64,000 bases of DNA. Origin: an uncultured Candidatus Rokubacteria bacterium (lineage in GTDB: Bacteria > Methylomirabilota > Methylomirabilia > Rokubacteriales > CSP1-6). A program made the translations under genes and the position numbers. The stretch lies in NCBI GenBank assembly GCA_963747235.1, contig CAVVEU010000004.1, forward strand, positions 32,001 to 96,000. Direction: 5' to 3'. The notes under the pieces were generated by a model that was given only the letters and a program-made list of their open reading frames with translations, was not told the origin of the DNA and ran no database searches. Positions 63,131-64,000 of the stretch are shown in pieces (positions within the stretch are counted from its first letter, which is position 1; every line of letters starts with the position of its first letter).

Positions 63131-63134
63131 GGGG
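63100..63134. repeat. REP-like palindrome family A, copy 6 (supplies C-terminus and stop of the DUF2652 gene)
   Basis: CCCTCTCCCC-gct-GGGGAGAGGG-CAGGGTGAGGGG; its TGA is at 63128-63130. Confidence 0.9.
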
Positions 63135-63157
63135 TCGGGCAATGAGGGGCGCGAGCT

Positions 63158-64000
63158 TCACCCGCAGGCGATCGCGTAGACGTCGCCGACGCCGTCGGGC
63201 AGCCGTTCTTCGCGCCAGGTGCGCCCGGCGTCCTCGGTGCCGAAGACCTGGCCGGTGCGGCTCACGCAGTAGACGCGGTCGGCGTCGCGCGGGTGGAGCG
63301 CCACCGCCATCATCGTGCTCTCCGCCTTGACCCCGCGGTCGAAGCGCGTCCACGTCTCGCCCAGATCCGCGCTCCGGTAGAGCGAGCCGTCCTCGCTGCG
63401 CGCGGCCGGGCTCAGGCAGGCGTAGAGCACGCGCGGGTCCTGCGGCGACACGCGGATGTCGCGGCTGTAGGTCAGCGGGGAGAAGCGGCCGACCTCCATG
63501 TCCTTCCAGTGCGCCGCGTTGTCGGTGCTGCGGAAGAGGCCCATGCGCAGGGCCAGGATCACGGTGCCGGAGGCCGCCGGGCTCACGCAGAGGGCGTGGC
63601 CGTCGAGCATGCCCTCCATCTCGCTGTCGCTCACGATGCGGCTCTTGAGATGCGGCAGGTCGGAGAGCTTCACGAGGTCGCCGCTGCAATCATTCCAGGT
63701 CACGCCCCCGTCGAGGCTCCGCATGGCCCCGCCCACCTCGAGCGCGGCGTAGATGTGGTCGGGCTGGGCGGGATCGATCTCGATGCGCATCACGCGGCAC
63801 GCGAACGGCATCTTCACGCGCTCGGCCTGCACCGCGTTCGGCAGCTTCCGCCACGAGGCGCCCTCGTCGTCGCTGCGGTAGATGCCCACCGGCGAGGTGC
63901 CCGCGAAGAGCGTGCGCGGGTTCTTCGGATGCACCGTGATCGACCAGACCTGCCCGCCGTCCTCCGGGAAGGGCAGGCGCTCCCAGCGCTCGCCGCGATC
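63158..64000 (-). CDS. BNR/Asp-box beta-propeller protein (YCF48/sialidase-like), 5' truncated by window
   Basis: Repeated SxDxGxxW boxes: RSDDEGASW, RSLDGGVTW, RSADLGETW, TEDAGRTW. Confidence 0.85.
   Translation of the reverse strand, partial: DRGERWERLPFPEDGGQVWSITVHPKNPRTLFAGTSPVGIYRSDDEGASWRKLPNAVQAERVKMPFACRVMRIEIDPAQPDHIYAALEVGGAMRSLDGGVTWNDCSGDLVKLSDLPHLKSRIVSDSEMEGMLDGHALCVSPAASGTVILALRMGLFRSTDNAAHWKDMEVGRFSPLTYSRDIRVSPQDPRVLYACLSPAARSEDGSLYRSADLGETWTRFDRGVKAESTMMAVALHPRDADRVYCVSRTGQVFGTEDAGRTWREERLPDGVGDVYAIACG

Noticed and set aside
63158-63170. C-terminal ...ACG-TGA as another Sec site
   Set aside because: No plausible protein continuation; the downstream hairpin is the REP copy, so this is an ordinary stop

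Overview
Very GC-rich bacterial chromosomal segment with about 75 densely packed genes and no rRNA, tRNA, CRISPR array, integrase or transposase that I can see. The gene content (many ABC/TRAP solute-binding proteins, luciferase-like monooxygenases, SDRs, hydrolases, cupins, a CoxL-like molybdoprotein) and the repeat families suggest a Rokubacteria/Methylomirabilota-like soil organism; this is inference. Roughly a third of genes carry 1-nt frameshifts, most simply explained as long-read assembly errors, so many long ORFs in the supplied track are false fusions. The strongest hidden signal is two genes that read through an in-frame UGA in a redox motif, each followed by a SECIS-like hairpin: an AhpD/CMD-family protein (CPFU, 28371-28910) heading a three-gene operon, and a glutaredoxin-like (UxxC)-DinB fusion (57133-57881). 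Other notable items are a six-copy palindromic REP-like element that is partly incorporated into proteins, a 19-aa Lys-rich ORF directly before an ABC-F gene, a sigma54 promoter with candidate activator sites upstream of a PilZ gene, widespread leaderless-type promoters, a HEAT/HD-GYP pair sharing an N-terminal domain, and an unknown four-repeat His-bearing protein divergent from an LVIVD propeller. All family assignments come from motif recognition, not database searches.
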